Shown in pieces: positions 23,609 through 33,672 of a stretch of DNA of 64,000 bases. The notes under the pieces are model-generated. The model saw only the letters and a program-made list of their open reading frames with translations, ran no database searches and was not told the origin of the DNA. The DNA is taken from assembly GCA_963727775.1 (NCBI GenBank), contig CAVSHB010000001.1, forward strand, positions 448,001 to 512,000, in the 5' to 3' direction. Position numbers and translations under genes: made by a program. Positions within the stretch are counted from its first letter, which is position 1, and every line of letters begins with the position of its first letter. The DNA is from an uncultured Nitrospiraceae bacterium. GTDB taxonomy: Bacteria; Nitrospirota; Thermodesulfovibrionia; Thermodesulfovibrionales; SM23-35.

Positions 23609-24885
23609 TGCCCTGCTTCATAAATTCGGTCACGTATTTCCCAGAGCTATGCGGCTAATGGAAAATGTACTATTGTAACCCTGCTTATCTTTTTGAGCAA
23701 TTTGCCAAGATCCTGTCTTGTAAACTTCCACTCGAACGGCGTGGCGATTTTTTCATAATATTGTTCGAAGGAAATCAATCGGTTTTCAAGGGCCGAAAGC
23801 GAAGGGAAGGCATTAGGGGTCAGGGCTTTCCTTTGCAGGATCGAAAAATAGATTTCGATCTGATTCAGCCAGCTGGCATGAACTGGCCCATGAACAAGCT
23901 CCAGATTCGGATGCCTTTCCTTCAGTCGTGCGACCGACTTTACGCCGCGATGTGAGGAACCGTTGTCGACAATCCAGAAAACCCGTCTGGCTTCGTTATA
24001 GGGCGATTGTGCCATAACCTGCATCACTAATCGGTCGAATGGTGCAATCCCACTTTTTCTCTCGCAGCGTCCGAAAACTTTTGCCCGGTGAACATCGAGT
24101 GCAGCGATATATGCCCACGCACCGCATCGTTTGTACTCATGTTCCACCCTCATGGATGCACCTTGCGCTGGTGGCAGTGTTGGATGACGCCGAGATCGGG
24201 CCTGAATGCTTGTCTTCTCATCAGCCGATAGGACAAATTCGTCGTCTTTTAGGCATTTTTTATTCCAAACCCTCTCGTAAAGGTCGAGAATACGACCAGC
24301 TTTCGCAGTAAATTCAGGATCACGAGGAAAAATCCAGCAACGATGCTGCCACGGACGGATAGCATCTTCATTGAGCCAACGCCATACTGTGCAATCACTG
24401 ATAGTAGAGACTAGTCCAGTCCGACGAGCCTCGCGAGTAATATCCGCTACACTGAATCGTGAGAGTGGGAGATTGTGTGTAGCAGGCAATTCGCAGGCCA
24501 GTGCCTTAATGCTCATGACCAGCTCTGGGGGAAAAAGCCCGAGGCCGACCCGAGCGAGGGCGTTCTTCAATACCGTGCAACCGTTCTTCAAAAAAACGTT
24601 TTCTCCACATGCTGACAACCTCCCGCCGCGTATTCAAACGGTGGGCTATTTCGTCGTTCGTTAACCCATCCGCGGCCAATAGAATCATCTTGGCGCGAAG
24701 TACTTGATAATACGGTAACGTATATTTTGTGGCACATCTCATCAAGTGTTCCACTTCCTCTGGCGTCAGCCTTATGCTATATGGACTTTTCCTTGGCATT
24801 GATGACCTCCTTACGATCAATCATGCCATATTCGATTCTATTTAGCAAGCTAATATTACGTTAGTGTAGTTATGATATTATGTAC
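23609..24885 (-). mobile_element. IS630-family insertion sequence
   Basis: Imperfect terminal IRs (TCATAA...ACGTA); TTAG on both flanks; two overlapping ORFs. Confidence 0.85.
23647..24820 (-). CDS. IS630 transposase (HTH ORF 24506-24820 plus DDE ORF 23647-24618, probable frameshift)
   Basis: RAKMILL..DGLTNDEIA HTH; DEKTSIQA, VDNGSSH, ASWLNQIEIYFS; TTTTTCCCCC slippery run in the overlap. Confidence 0.85.
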
Positions 24886-24891
24886 TTAGCT

Positions 24892-25006
24892 ATGGAATGA
24901 GTTGCCGTTGTTCGTGAAGACCTATGATTATACGAAGTGGCTCCTTGAGTATACGATCAAGTTTCCCCAAAGCCAGCGTTTTGTGAATAATCATTGTTGG
25001 GCGTGA
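24892..25006 (+). pseudogene. avd: 5' fragment of DGR accessory gene avd
   Basis: Translates NELPLFVKTYDYTKWLLEYTIKFPQSQRFV, like the bAvd N-terminus; similarity stops at about 24985; the ATG at 24892 is one base out of frame. Confidence 0.72.
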
Positions 25007-25095
25007 AAATAGATAATAACTATTCAAATAGATATAACCTTCGCAAAGCAACTAAATACAGGGCTATACGTAAGATTATTAACAGGACATTCATT

Positions 25096-25237
25096 AATCT
25101 CCATACCCCGCCGTCTCTGCGGCGGGCACCTTACGTCGTCGGGGTGCAGGGCGTCGGAGCGAAGCGCAGACCCTTGCCGACCCGCGGGGTCTAATACCCC
25201 GTGGTGTCGTGCCGAGCAAAGCGAGGTTTAGTTTATT
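25096..25237 (+). mobile_element. 142-bp element, copy 4
   Basis: Identical repeat; preceded by TTCATT. Confidence 0.9.
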
Positions 25238-25261
25238 ATTCAATGAAAAAGAGGAGGAGGG

Positions 25262-25537
25262 ATGGCTAATTATAAGATTAAATGTGAAGCTATCGCCGTC
25301 CGCAGTGAATCCGGAACTTGCCCAGGTTCAGCTAAATGCCGAAAGGGAGAAACTTATATCCTGACAGCTCGAACACCTGAACCCGGAGGGATGTGCGGTC
25401 GGGCATTTGCTTCCATACATCCAATGGCATTTGCCATGCGGTGGTCGGAGAAGATGGAGTGGGAGAAGACTGATCACGTTAATGTCATTTGTCCGGACGG
25501 TTTCGTGACCTACAGACTTTCGAGAATAAAAGAATAG
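25262..25537 (+). CDS. Small Cys-rich protein (TIGR04076-like)
   Basis: GTCP...GMCGRAFASIHP...ICPDG; strong RBS GGAGG. Confidence 0.65.
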   Translation: MANYKIKCEAIAVRSESGTCPGSAKCRKGETYILTARTPEPGGMCGRAFASIHPMAFAMRWSEKMEWEKTDHVNVICPDGFVTYRLSRIKE

Positions 25538-25685
25538 GCTGATAAGCGCTTCTTCCTCTTCTATGTCTTCTATGTGGCAAGGCAGGAACATGATGCCGTG
25601 GCGCTGATTTTAACGGATAATCGACACCGCAAGACAACCAAGCCAATATTATACTGACTTCTCTTTTTCTGGTAATATAGACATA

Positions 25686-26036
25686 ATGCATAACGGCAAA
25701 ACCTATCCTCTAAGAAAAGATTTACTCACAGCGGTAGTTGATTCAGAGAAATCCATCGCAAAGGTGGAGATTAAAGAGGTGACCATGGGACCAAAACAGA
25801 AGGCTCCCTTACACTTACATCCATGTCCAACAGTCGGGCTAATTACCGAGGGAACAATTTCGTTTCAAATTGAGGGTAAGCCCGTTCAACCCCTTAAAGC
25901 TGGTGATGCATTCTATGAACCTGCAAACGTTAGAGTAGCCAAATTTGATAATGATGGCGATACTCCTGCGAAATTTGTCGTGTTTTATCTGCTCGGAAAA
26001 GACGAGCACGAAATTGTTCGCATTCTACCCAAGTGA
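25686..26036 (+). CDS. Cupin-domain protein
   Basis: PLHLHP...EGTI...LKAGDAFYEP. Confidence 0.8.
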   Translation: MHNGKTYPLRKDLLTAVVDSEKSIAKVEIKEVTMGPKQKAPLHLHPCPTVGLITEGTISFQIEGKPVQPLKAGDAFYEPANVRVAKFDNDGDTPAKFVVFYLLGKDEHEIVRILPK

Positions 26037-26217
26037 CAATCCGAAGGATAGAGCAATGAATGAAGAAGCAAAAACGGCAGCAAGTACAAATTATACAGTG
26101 GCACAGATAAGCACATTTAATAAACTCAATAGCTACAAGTTCAGTCATCAGAAGCTGCCATTCGACGTCTTAGCGCAGCAATCTTCACCAGAGCATCAAG
26201 TATAAGGAGCATAACAG

Positions 26218-26655
26218 ATGTCCATCAGTAGCAATGCCAAAGAGATACTCATTCAATTTACCCGCGAGGTATGGAGCGAAGGCAATATCGAAGCCTCAGA
26301 TAAATATATTGCACCAAAATACACAATTCATCACGATCCTGGCGATCCATGGGAAGGTCGGGAACTTGATCTCGCAGGCTATAAGGAGCGCGTCAAAACA
26401 TTGCGTGCGGCGTTTCCCGATCAGTTCTTCGACATACAGGGACTTTTTGCCGACGGTGACGCTGTTGTGATGACTTGGCTCTGGTCAGCCACGCACAAGG
26501 GGGACATTCCTGGATTTCCCGCTACAGGCAAGCAAATCAAGATGTCTGGAGCTACGGTTTACTATTTCGATGGTAGCCGACTCACTGGGCATTGGCAGAT
26601 CACTGATCGTCTTGGCGTGTATCAGCAGTTACAGCGGGCATCTACTCGTGCCTGA
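26218..26655 (+). CDS. SnoaL-like ester cyclase family protein
   Basis: AAFPD...ADGDAV...THKGDIPGFPATGKQI...DRLGVYQQL. Confidence 0.85.
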   Translation: MSISSNAKEILIQFTREVWSEGNIEASDKYIAPKYTIHHDPGDPWEGRELDLAGYKERVKTLRAAFPDQFFDIQGLFADGDAVVMTWLWSATHKGDIPGFPATGKQIKMSGATVYYFDGSRLTGHWQITDRLGVYQQLQRASTRA

Positions 26656-26663
26656 CGAATGCC

Positions 26664-26728
26664 GCCCACCCATCATTCCACCGGACCTGCGCGAAAAGCC
26701 GCGCATGCCGCTGAATTCAAACATTGCC
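26664..26728 (+). other. Degenerate integron attC-like site
   Basis: Imperfect palindrome ATTCCACCGGACCTGCGCGAAAAGCCGCGCATGCCGCTGAAT just after a stop codon; RYYYAAC and GTTRRRY ends are mutated. Confidence 0.6.
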
Positions 26729-26810
26729 TGTTCACTTTTAACGGTAATCAAAACTTTTTTCACATTATCGATCCCGAGTAGTTGCGCGGTGAAGTCACCC
26801 TTCTCAATAA

Positions 26811-26870
26811 CTTCCTTGAAGTCCGCAACATTGAAACCTGATATAATTGTGCATAGTACAACTGGAAATG
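26811..26870 (+). repeat. Conserved inter-gene site, copy 1
   Basis: CTTCCTTGAAGTCCGCAACATTGAAACCTGATATAATTGTGCATAGTACAACTGGAAATG. Confidence 0.85.
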
Positions 26871-26893
26871 CGCATTCCTGATTTGCTTGAAGA

Positions 26894-26909
26894 TAACATA
26901 TATGTTATA
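26894..26909. promoter_or_regulatory. Palindromic operator of the TA operon
   Basis: ATAACATATATGTTAT perfect palindrome upstream of the toxin gene. Confidence 0.6.
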
Positions 26910-26923
26910 CTTCAAGTGTAATT

Positions 26924-27271
26924 GTGATGAACTGGACTATCGAATATTACAGGGATTCAAAAGATAAGGAACCCGTTAAAGAGTTTATTGATGGTCTTCC
27001 TGAGAAATCGCAGGCACAAGTAATCGGGAAGATTGAACTTTTAGCAAAGTATGGCGTATTGCTGAAAGAACCTTATACCCGACACATCAGAGGGAAGATT
27101 TGGGAGCTTAGAATAATTGTCAGCAAAGGATATAGCCGAATTTTTTATTTTTCGTATACAGGTAGAAGATTTGTTTTATTGCACGCTTTTTTGAAAAAAA
27201 CAGATAAGACCCCGCCAGCGGAAATAGACATAGCTGAAAAAAGAATGCAGGATTTTATAAACAGACAGTAG
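26924..27271 (+). CDS. RelE/ParE-family (HigB/Gp49-like) toxin
   Basis: EPVKEFI...KIWELR...RIFYF...LLHAFLKKTDKTP. Confidence 0.88.
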   Translation: MMNWTIEYYRDSKDKEPVKEFIDGLPEKSQAQVIGKIELLAKYGVLLKEPYTRHIRGKIWELRIIVSKGYSRIFYFSYTGRRFVLLHAFLKKTDKTPPAEIDIAEKRMQDFINRQ

Positions 27272-27290
27272 ACGACCAAGGAGGATATAG

Positions 27291-27608
27291 ATGAAAAAGA
27301 AATATGTGAGAGGTACAACTATAGAGGAACATAAGGCAGAGCTTATGAAGAATCCGAAATTCAAGAAGGCGTGGGAAGAGTTGAAACCTGAATTCGATCT
27401 TATGGAAAAGATGATTATAGCGAGAGGAAAGGCCGGGATATCTCAGAAGGAATTAGCGCGGAGGATCGGCACAAAGCAGAGTGCGATAGCCAGACTTGAA
27501 GGGGGAGGTTTTAACAAGGCGACCGTCGAAACTTTGGGGAAAATCGCCGACGCTCTTAATTTTAAGTTAGTAATAAAGCTGCAGCCCAAAAAAGAGGCTA
27601 CGGCTTGA
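27291..27608 (+). CDS. XRE-family HTH antitoxin
   Basis: ISQKELARRIGTKQSAIARLE...TLGKIADAL, downstream of the toxin. Confidence 0.88.
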   Translation: MKKKYVRGTTIEEHKAELMKNPKFKKAWEELKPEFDLMEKMIIARGKAGISQKELARRIGTKQSAIARLEGGGFNKATVETLGKIADALNFKLVIKLQPKKEATA

Positions 27609-27628
27609 TATAGCTTCGTTGTGATGTC

Positions 27629-27687
27629 CTTCCTCTTCTCCACACATACCAGCCGTGATATAATTGTGAGTAGTACAACCAGAAATG
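27629..27687 (+). repeat. Conserved inter-gene site, copy 2
   Basis: CTTCCT...CCGTGATATAATTGTGAGTAGTACAACCAGAAATG. Confidence 0.75.
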
Positions 27688-28047
27688 AACAAAACCGGCT
27701 GGGACAATAAAGACGTCTACGACGGAGGGCGCATGCGCTGGTATCACTACATTGCCTACTTCTTTGGTGGGGCGTTCCTCTCGAACGCCGTGCCCCACTT
27801 CGTAAGCGGCGTGTCTGGGCATTCGTTCCCCAGCCCGTTCGCGCATCCACCCGGGGAAGGGCAGTCGCCCGCGCTGGTGAACGTGCTTTGGGGCTTTGCG
27901 AACCTCATCATCGGCTACTTGCTTATCTGCAAGGTGGGAACCTTTGAGCTGCGACGCTGGCGGCACGTCCTTGTGGCCGGGGCCGGAGCACTCTTGATGG
28001 CCGTGATGCTCGCGCGGGCATTCGGGAAGCTCTACGGCGGGTTGTGA
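27685..28047 (+). CDS. Small integral membrane hypothetical protein
   Basis: Three hydrophobic segments, NAVPH...FPSPFAHPPG motif; visibly more GC-rich than its neighbours; start may be 27733. Confidence 0.75.
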   Translation: MNKTGWDNKDVYDGGRMRWYHYIAYFFGGAFLSNAVPHFVSGVSGHSFPSPFAHPPGEGQSPALVNVLWGFANLIIGYLLICKVGTFELRRWRHVLVAGAGALLMAVMLARAFGKLYGGL

Positions 28048-28098
28048 TAGGGACCTCTCTCTCGACCCTCCAAATTTGGTGATCCGAAATCAACAATC

Positions 28099-28160
28099 CT
28101 TCCTTGTTTAGTCCGCACCTATTAAACCTGATATAATTGTGTGGAGTATAAAGGGTAATT
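28099..28160 (+). repeat. Conserved inter-gene site, copy 3
   Basis: CTTCCTTGTTTAGTCCGCACCTATTAAACCTGATATAATTGTGTGGAGTATAAAGGG. Confidence 0.85.
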
Positions 28161-28190
28161 AATGATTAATGTCGTCGCAGATTATCTTCT

Positions 28191-28361
28191 ATGGCAATAG
28201 CAATTGTCCCGTGGCATTGTGAACGCTGTAAAAGTGAGATTGGCGGAGTCTTCAGGCTACGTTGTTCACAGTGCAACAGAATGATATGTTTGTTCTGCGT
28301 AGCTCCGATTGCTTCGGTAAAGGCAAGGAAGGTATTCTGCAGAAGTTGTAAGCCTATATAG
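28191..28361 (+). CDS. 56-aa protein with four CxxC pairs (zinc-finger-like)
   Basis: Hand translation MAIAIVPWHCERCKSEIGGVFRLRCSQCNRMICLFCVAPIASVKARKVFCRSCKPI; absent from the ORF track. Confidence 0.6.
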   Translation: MAIAIVPWHCERCKSEIGGVFRLRCSQCNRMICLFCVAPIASVKARKVFCRSCKPI

Positions 28362-28508
28362 ATAAATTCATATCTTCCTGAAAGCCACACTATGGACATA
28401 CGCTTTTTTGCAGGTCAGTTTCTATCGGAAATGTGTTATTATTCCGTTCATGGGATCAGAAAATACCCGCAGGGTATAGTAATTGTGTACCACCAAAAAG
28501 GAGTACTT

Positions 28509-28964
28509 ATGAAAAAATATTCAATCTATGCGGTCATAGCAGGACTCATTTTTTTATTTTCTTCCAGTGTAGATGCTGGCGTGTACTCGGATGATTTATC
28601 CCGATGTTTAGTCGAATCTTCAACATCCTCAGACAAGCTCATGCTTGTGAAATGGATGTTTACTTCCATGTCTCTTCATCCAGCCGTCAAATCGATGGCA
28701 TCTGTATCAGCCAAACAACTTGCTGACTCTAGTAAAGAAACAGCAGATATGATCGTAAACCTTGTCACTAAAACTTGTAGAGATCAAGCCAAAAAAGCAA
28801 TAAAATATGAGGGTGGGGTCGCACTTCAATCGAGCTTTAGTGTTTTTGGACAAGTAGCTGCTAAAGAATTGTTCTCCCACCCTGATGTGGCCGCTGGGTT
28901 GGCAGGGTTAGAAAAGTATTTGAGTGCTAAAAAAATAAAAGAGGCCTTGGAGATAACTGAGTAA
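28509..28964 (+). CDS. Exported hypothetical protein
   Basis: RBS GGAG, signal peptide MKKYSIYAVIAGLIFLFSSSVDA, DDLSRCLV...LVKWMF. Confidence 0.75.
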   Translation: MKKYSIYAVIAGLIFLFSSSVDAGVYSDDLSRCLVESSTSSDKLMLVKWMFTSMSLHPAVKSMASVSAKQLADSSKETADMIVNLVTKTCRDQAKKAIKYEGGVALQSSFSVFGQVAAKELFSHPDVAAGLAGLEKYLSAKKIKEALEITE

Positions 28965-30456
28965 AATATTGGCTAACCGGCTCATTCACCAGATGGCGAC
29001 AAGCGCGGCGCAGGTCGTTGCGTATAGCGCCCGTAAGTCTTCAGTCTCGATCCTTGCTTGATTTTGAGGACTTGTAGGGTATGCTGTGTAAAACGTATGA
29101 CTTGTCGGTTAAAGTCCGACGGTGGGAATTTGGTAGCTCGCCCACATAGCTTGAGGGAGGTGCCAAGGGTAACCTAAAGCATCAAGTTTCCTGACAAAGG
29201 CTCCGAAAGGGAGCTGAGCAAATCTGTGGGTCGCAGCTAATGCGAACCCAGACGTAGCCTCGAAATGCACAATGGAGTTGTCGACCCTCTCCTACATTGG
29301 GGAAGACCGCTGCATCTATCCTAACAAAAACTACCATAACCGATAGATGGACTTCCGGGGTAACAGGGGTGACACGCAGAGGAAGCCATATGACAATGAA
29401 CACAGGAGACCCTTGTCGATGCTGTACAGGACAGTAACCGGTGGATATAAGGCGACGAAATTCCACGGGGTCGGCAAGGGAGTCGGATTTGCCCATAGCG
29501 TACCGTTTGTATCCCGAAGACAACATAACTTTGGGAGAGGGAAGGGGCAATGCTTTTATCATGTTTTCGAAGAAGTAAAGGAAAGGAGATTGCGTAATGC
29601 TGAAAACTCCGGAAAAGATTCGAGAACTTCAGAGAAAACTATACCAGAAGGCCAAGCAGGAAAAGGAGTACCGATTCTATCTTCTATATGACAAGGTCTA
29701 CAGGCTGGATATCCTGAACCATGCCTATAATCTTGTCAGAGCAAACAAGGGTGCGCCGGGAATAGATGGTGAGACCTTTGTCCTCATAGAAGAAAGAGAA
29801 GGAGGAGTAACGGGATATCTTGAAGAGATCGCCGTGGAACTCAAGCGGAAGGAGTACAAGCCGAAGCCTGTCCGTAGGGTATATATCCCGAAGACAAGCG
29901 GAGGCAAAAGGCCGCTTGGAATCCCAACGATCAAAGACAGAGTAGTGCAGATGGCTGTAAAGATAGTGATCGAACCCATATTCGAAGCCGATTTTCAGGA
30001 AAACTCATACGGGTTCAGGCCGAAGCGGAGCGCTCATCAGGCGGTAGACGATGTGAAAGAGCAACTCATGAGAGGCAAGACTGACGTAATTGATGCCGAC
30101 ATCTCCAAATACTTCGACACCATTTCCCACGACAAACTTATGCAGTTGGTAGCGAAGCGGATAGTGGATAAGAACATTCTGAGATTGATAAAGATGTGGT
30201 TGAAAGCGCCGATTGTGGAGGAACGTGAGGATGGAAAGAAGGAGTATAAAGGGAATGATAAGGGGACTCCCCAAGGCGGTTTATCCAAAGCTTTGGATAA
30301 TCCGCCTTATCAAAAGTAAAATATTATCCAAAGTAAATGCTGTAAGCGCTTGATACAGTTAGGTTTGGGGTTCATTTACTTTGGATAATACGGCAGACCA
30401 AGGTATTTATGGGAGATTGAAGAACCGATCTCACTAAATATTTTGGAGGAATACCG

Positions 30457-31692
30457 ATGAACAGCCCGCCTTTGCAAGATTTAATCACACGACTGGAAAA
30501 AGAACTGTACCGTCTCCATTACAAAAAAGATACGGTAAAGTACTATCGCATGATGTGGAAACGTATTGTCGCGTTTTTCGAAAACGAAGGAGTCGACCAC
30601 TTTGCAGAAGAAGTGGGTATGCGTTTTCTGGACAAGCAGTATAACTTTTTCGAATTAGAGGAAGCGGGAGATCTAACGCAATCGATCATTAACGCCTTTC
30701 GAGTTGTCCGGATGCTTGGTGACTTCCAGCAACATGGCAGCATTCTGCGCAGGTACTACAAACAGAAAGAGCTGCTGTATAACGACGAATTCAAGGAGGT
30801 ACTGCAGTACTATGTAACCCATTGCCAGCAGAAGGAATACTCCAAAGTGACACAAAATCACTATGGTAAAATTTCCGAACAGTTTCTGAGTTTTTTGGAA
30901 TCACAAAAGATTGTCTCTTATTCAGATATTACCGCTAAACATGTATCCGGCTATATCAACACGTTGTTGGGGTACAGCTATAAGACTGTAGAATTGCATC
31001 TTTGTGCGTTGCGCTCGTTTTTGCGCTATCTTCACACTAACGATCTTCATCCACAGGACCTGGCAGAAACCATCCCTGCGATTAAGGCCAGAAAGCAAAA
31101 CAGAATTCCTTCGGTATGGACTCCGGAGCATGTCGCCAAGTTGCTCGATGTCATAGGCAGAGGCAATCCTGCCGGAAGAAGGGATTATGCAATGATCCTT
31201 CTGGTCGCGCGGTTGGGCCTCCGTACGATAGATATCAAGCGTTTGAAATTGGACAACCTGAAATGGCCGGATAATCGCATCGAATTGATACAGTCCAAAA
31301 CGTCCGGAGTGCTGAGCCTCCCACTTCTTCCCGATATCGGCTGGGCGATCATTGATTATCTGAAAAATGGGCGTCCCAAGGTGGAAAGCCCCTACGTTTT
31401 TTTGCGGCACCTTGCGCCACTGGAACCATTCTCGGATGAAGACAGACTGCATCAAATCTTGGTCAAATATATGAGACTGGCCAAAATCCCGATTTCTCCT
31501 CAGAAAAAGAGAGGCATGCATTCCTTACGGCACACGCTGGCAAGCAGATTACTTCAAGAGAAAACACCCTTATCCGTTATTTCCGATATATTGGGACACG
31601 TCAGTTCGGATTCAACGGCTGTCTATCTTAAGGTGGACGTGGAGATGCTACGTGAATGCGCGCTGAACCCCGAGGGGGTGTTCGAGTCATGA
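30457..31692 (+). CDS. Tyrosine recombinase (RitA-type)
   Basis: RDYAM...GLR, HSLRH, LGH, TAVY. Confidence 0.92.
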   Translation: MNSPPLQDLITRLEKELYRLHYKKDTVKYYRMMWKRIVAFFENEGVDHFAEEVGMRFLDKQYNFFELEEAGDLTQSIINAFRVVRMLGDFQQHGSILRRYYKQKELLYNDEFKEVLQYYVTHCQQKEYSKVTQNHYGKISEQFLSFLESQKIVSYSDITAKHVSGYINTLLGYSYKTVELHLCALRSFLRYLHTNDLHPQDLAETIPAIKARKQNRIPSVWTPEHVAKLLDVIGRGNPAGRRDYAMILLVARLGLRTIDIKRLKLDNLKWPDNRIELIQSKTSGVLSLPLLPDIGWAIIDYLKNGRPKVESPYVFLRHLAPLEPFSDEDRLHQILVKYMRLAKIPISPQKKRGMHSLRHTLASRLLQEKTPLSVISDILGHVSSDSTAVYLKVDVEMLRECALNPEGVFES

Positions 31693-32675
31693 CCGAATTC
31701 ATATATAGCAGTCCATTTCAGGAATTTATCCAGGAAGTGATTCTACAAAAGCGTTCGCTGGGGTATAAGTATGACAGCAGTGCACGGGTGCTTTACCATT
31801 TTGATCAGTTCTGTCTGACATACGGCTGCACAGAACCGGTACTGTCCAAACAACTTGTCGATTCATGGCGTCAGAAACGCCCGAATGAAGCTCAGGCGAC
31901 TTTACAGATCAGGGTATGCGTTGTACGGCAACTGGCCATGTACATGACTCGTCTCGGGGTGCATGCTTATGTGCTTCCCAAAAATACCCTCCCGAAGGGA
32001 CCCAGATACATTCCCTACATTTTCAGCAATGATGAGCTTGCAGAGTTTTTCAAACAAGTGGATGCTTGCCATTACTGTGCCGAAGTTCCGAACAGACATT
32101 GGATCATGCCGCTGCTGTTCCGTATGTTGTATGGCTGTGGGTTGCGTATTTCGGAGGCGCTGAATCTCAAAGTGCGGGATGTAGATTTGAACACTGGTGT
32201 CCTCACGATTATGGATGGGAAATTCAACAAGGACAGGCTGGTTCCTATGTCCAAGGAATTACTTCATAGATGTCCTGCCTATATGAAGCAGGTCCATTTG
32301 TTTTCTGATTCTAACGCTTATTTCTTTCCTTCTCCGAACGGAAAAACGATAACCAAAGGGAATGTCTATAAAAATTTCAGGAAATTCCTTTGGAAAGCCC
32401 GGATTTCTCATGGTGGATGGGGAAAAGGGCCGCGGCTCCACGATTTGAGGCATAGCCATGCTGTTCATTGTCTGAGGCGCTGGGTGCTGGAAGGAAAGGA
32501 TTTGACTGCCTACCTGCCTATTCTCAAAACGTATCTGGGCCATCATTCCTTTAGCGATACATCCCAGTACTTGAGGCTGACCGCTGAACTTTATCCGGAT
32601 ATAACGGCAAAGGTGGACCATGCTTTTGGCCATGTCATACCTATTATGAGGAGTGAAGACTATGAAACCAACTGA
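31689..32675 (+). CDS. Tyrosine recombinase (RitB-type)
   Basis: GCGLRISEA, KFNKDRLVP, PRLHDLRH, YLGH...TSQY. Confidence 0.92.
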   Translation: MTEFIYSSPFQEFIQEVILQKRSLGYKYDSSARVLYHFDQFCLTYGCTEPVLSKQLVDSWRQKRPNEAQATLQIRVCVVRQLAMYMTRLGVHAYVLPKNTLPKGPRYIPYIFSNDELAEFFKQVDACHYCAEVPNRHWIMPLLFRMLYGCGLRISEALNLKVRDVDLNTGVLTIMDGKFNKDRLVPMSKELLHRCPAYMKQVHLFSDSNAYFFPSPNGKTITKGNVYKNFRKFLWKARISHGGWGKGPRLHDLRHSHAVHCLRRWVLEGKDLTAYLPILKTYLGHHSFSDTSQYLRLTAELYPDITAKVDHAFGHVIPIMRSEDYETN

Positions 32676-33672
32676 CTTTGCCAAGGCATTATCTCATTAC
32701 CTATCCGTTTATCTGCCGGGCCAGCGCAATGTCAGCCCCAACACGATCAAATCTTATCGGGATACTTTCAAACTGTTTCTCATATACTGCAAACAGGGTT
32801 GCGGCCTGTCCATTGAATATATCTGTCTACAACGCATCGATGAGCCACTCGTGGTTGGGTTCCTCTCATGGCTTGAACAAGACAGAAAAAGCAGTATCGC
32901 TACGCGCAACCAACGATTGGCCTGTATTCATGGCTTTTGTAGGTATATGCAGGTCGAAGACCCTGTCGGTCTATTGTCATACCAGAAAATTCTCTCAATT
33001 CCGATGAAGAAAGCTCCAAAGCCAACGGTGCATTATCTCACACCTGATGCATTGAAACTCATTCTTGCCCAGCCCGATCTTTCCAAAGCCAGTGGCCGTC
33101 GTGACTTAACGATGCTTTCGGCACTGTATGATACAGGGGCCAGAGTTCAGGAGTTGATTGATCTAAAGGTTCGTGATGTCCGATTGGATCATCCACCAAT
33201 CCTGACCCTGACTGGCAAAGGCCGCAAAACCAGGCAGGTTCCAATTATGTCCAATATGGAATCCCTGCTGCGGCAGTACATGACCGAAACTTATCTGCTT
33301 CAAAACGGCATGCAGGACCGCCCGTTATTTGTAAATCGCCAGCGCGGCAAGCTGACTCCAATGGGCGTTACATTCATTCTGAACAAATACGTGTCTCGTG
33401 CAAGGGCAGTGTCTTCGATTATTCCGGATAATGTTACCCCCCATGTTTTCAGGCATACGAAGGCGATGAATTTGTTACAGGCAGGGATTAACCTGATTTA
33501 TATCCGGGATCTTTTAGGGCATGTCGATATTTCAACAACTGAAATTTATGCCCGTACAGATACTGAGCTGAAACGAAAAGCGTTAGAAAAAGCATATCCC
33601 GACATGGTTGTAACTGATTTGCCGCAGTGGAACCAAGATGAAGGGCTACTTGCCTGGCTAAGCCGTCTCTAA
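32662..33672 (+). CDS. Tyrosine recombinase (RitC-type)
   Basis: SPNTIKSYRDTF, TRNQRLA, TGARVQE, PHVFRH, LGH...TTEIY. Confidence 0.92.
   Translation: MKPTDFAKALSHYLSVYLPGQRNVSPNTIKSYRDTFKLFLIYCKQGCGLSIEYICLQRIDEPLVVGFLSWLEQDRKSSIATRNQRLACIHGFCRYMQVEDPVGLLSYQKILSIPMKKAPKPTVHYLTPDALKLILAQPDLSKASGRRDLTMLSALYDTGARVQELIDLKVRDVRLDHPPILTLTGKGRKTRQVPIMSNMESLLRQYMTETYLLQNGMQDRPLFVNRQRGKLTPMGVTFILNKYVSRARAVSSIIPDNVTPHVFRHTKAMNLLQAGINLIYIRDLLGHVDISTTEIYARTDTELKRKALEKAYPDMVVTDLPQWNQDEGLLAWLSRL

Noticed and set aside
30457..33672. RIT recombinases as the enzyme for the TGATATAATTGTG sites
   Set aside because: The RIT is a later nested insertion with its own TTATCCAAAG boxes, which do not resemble the array site.
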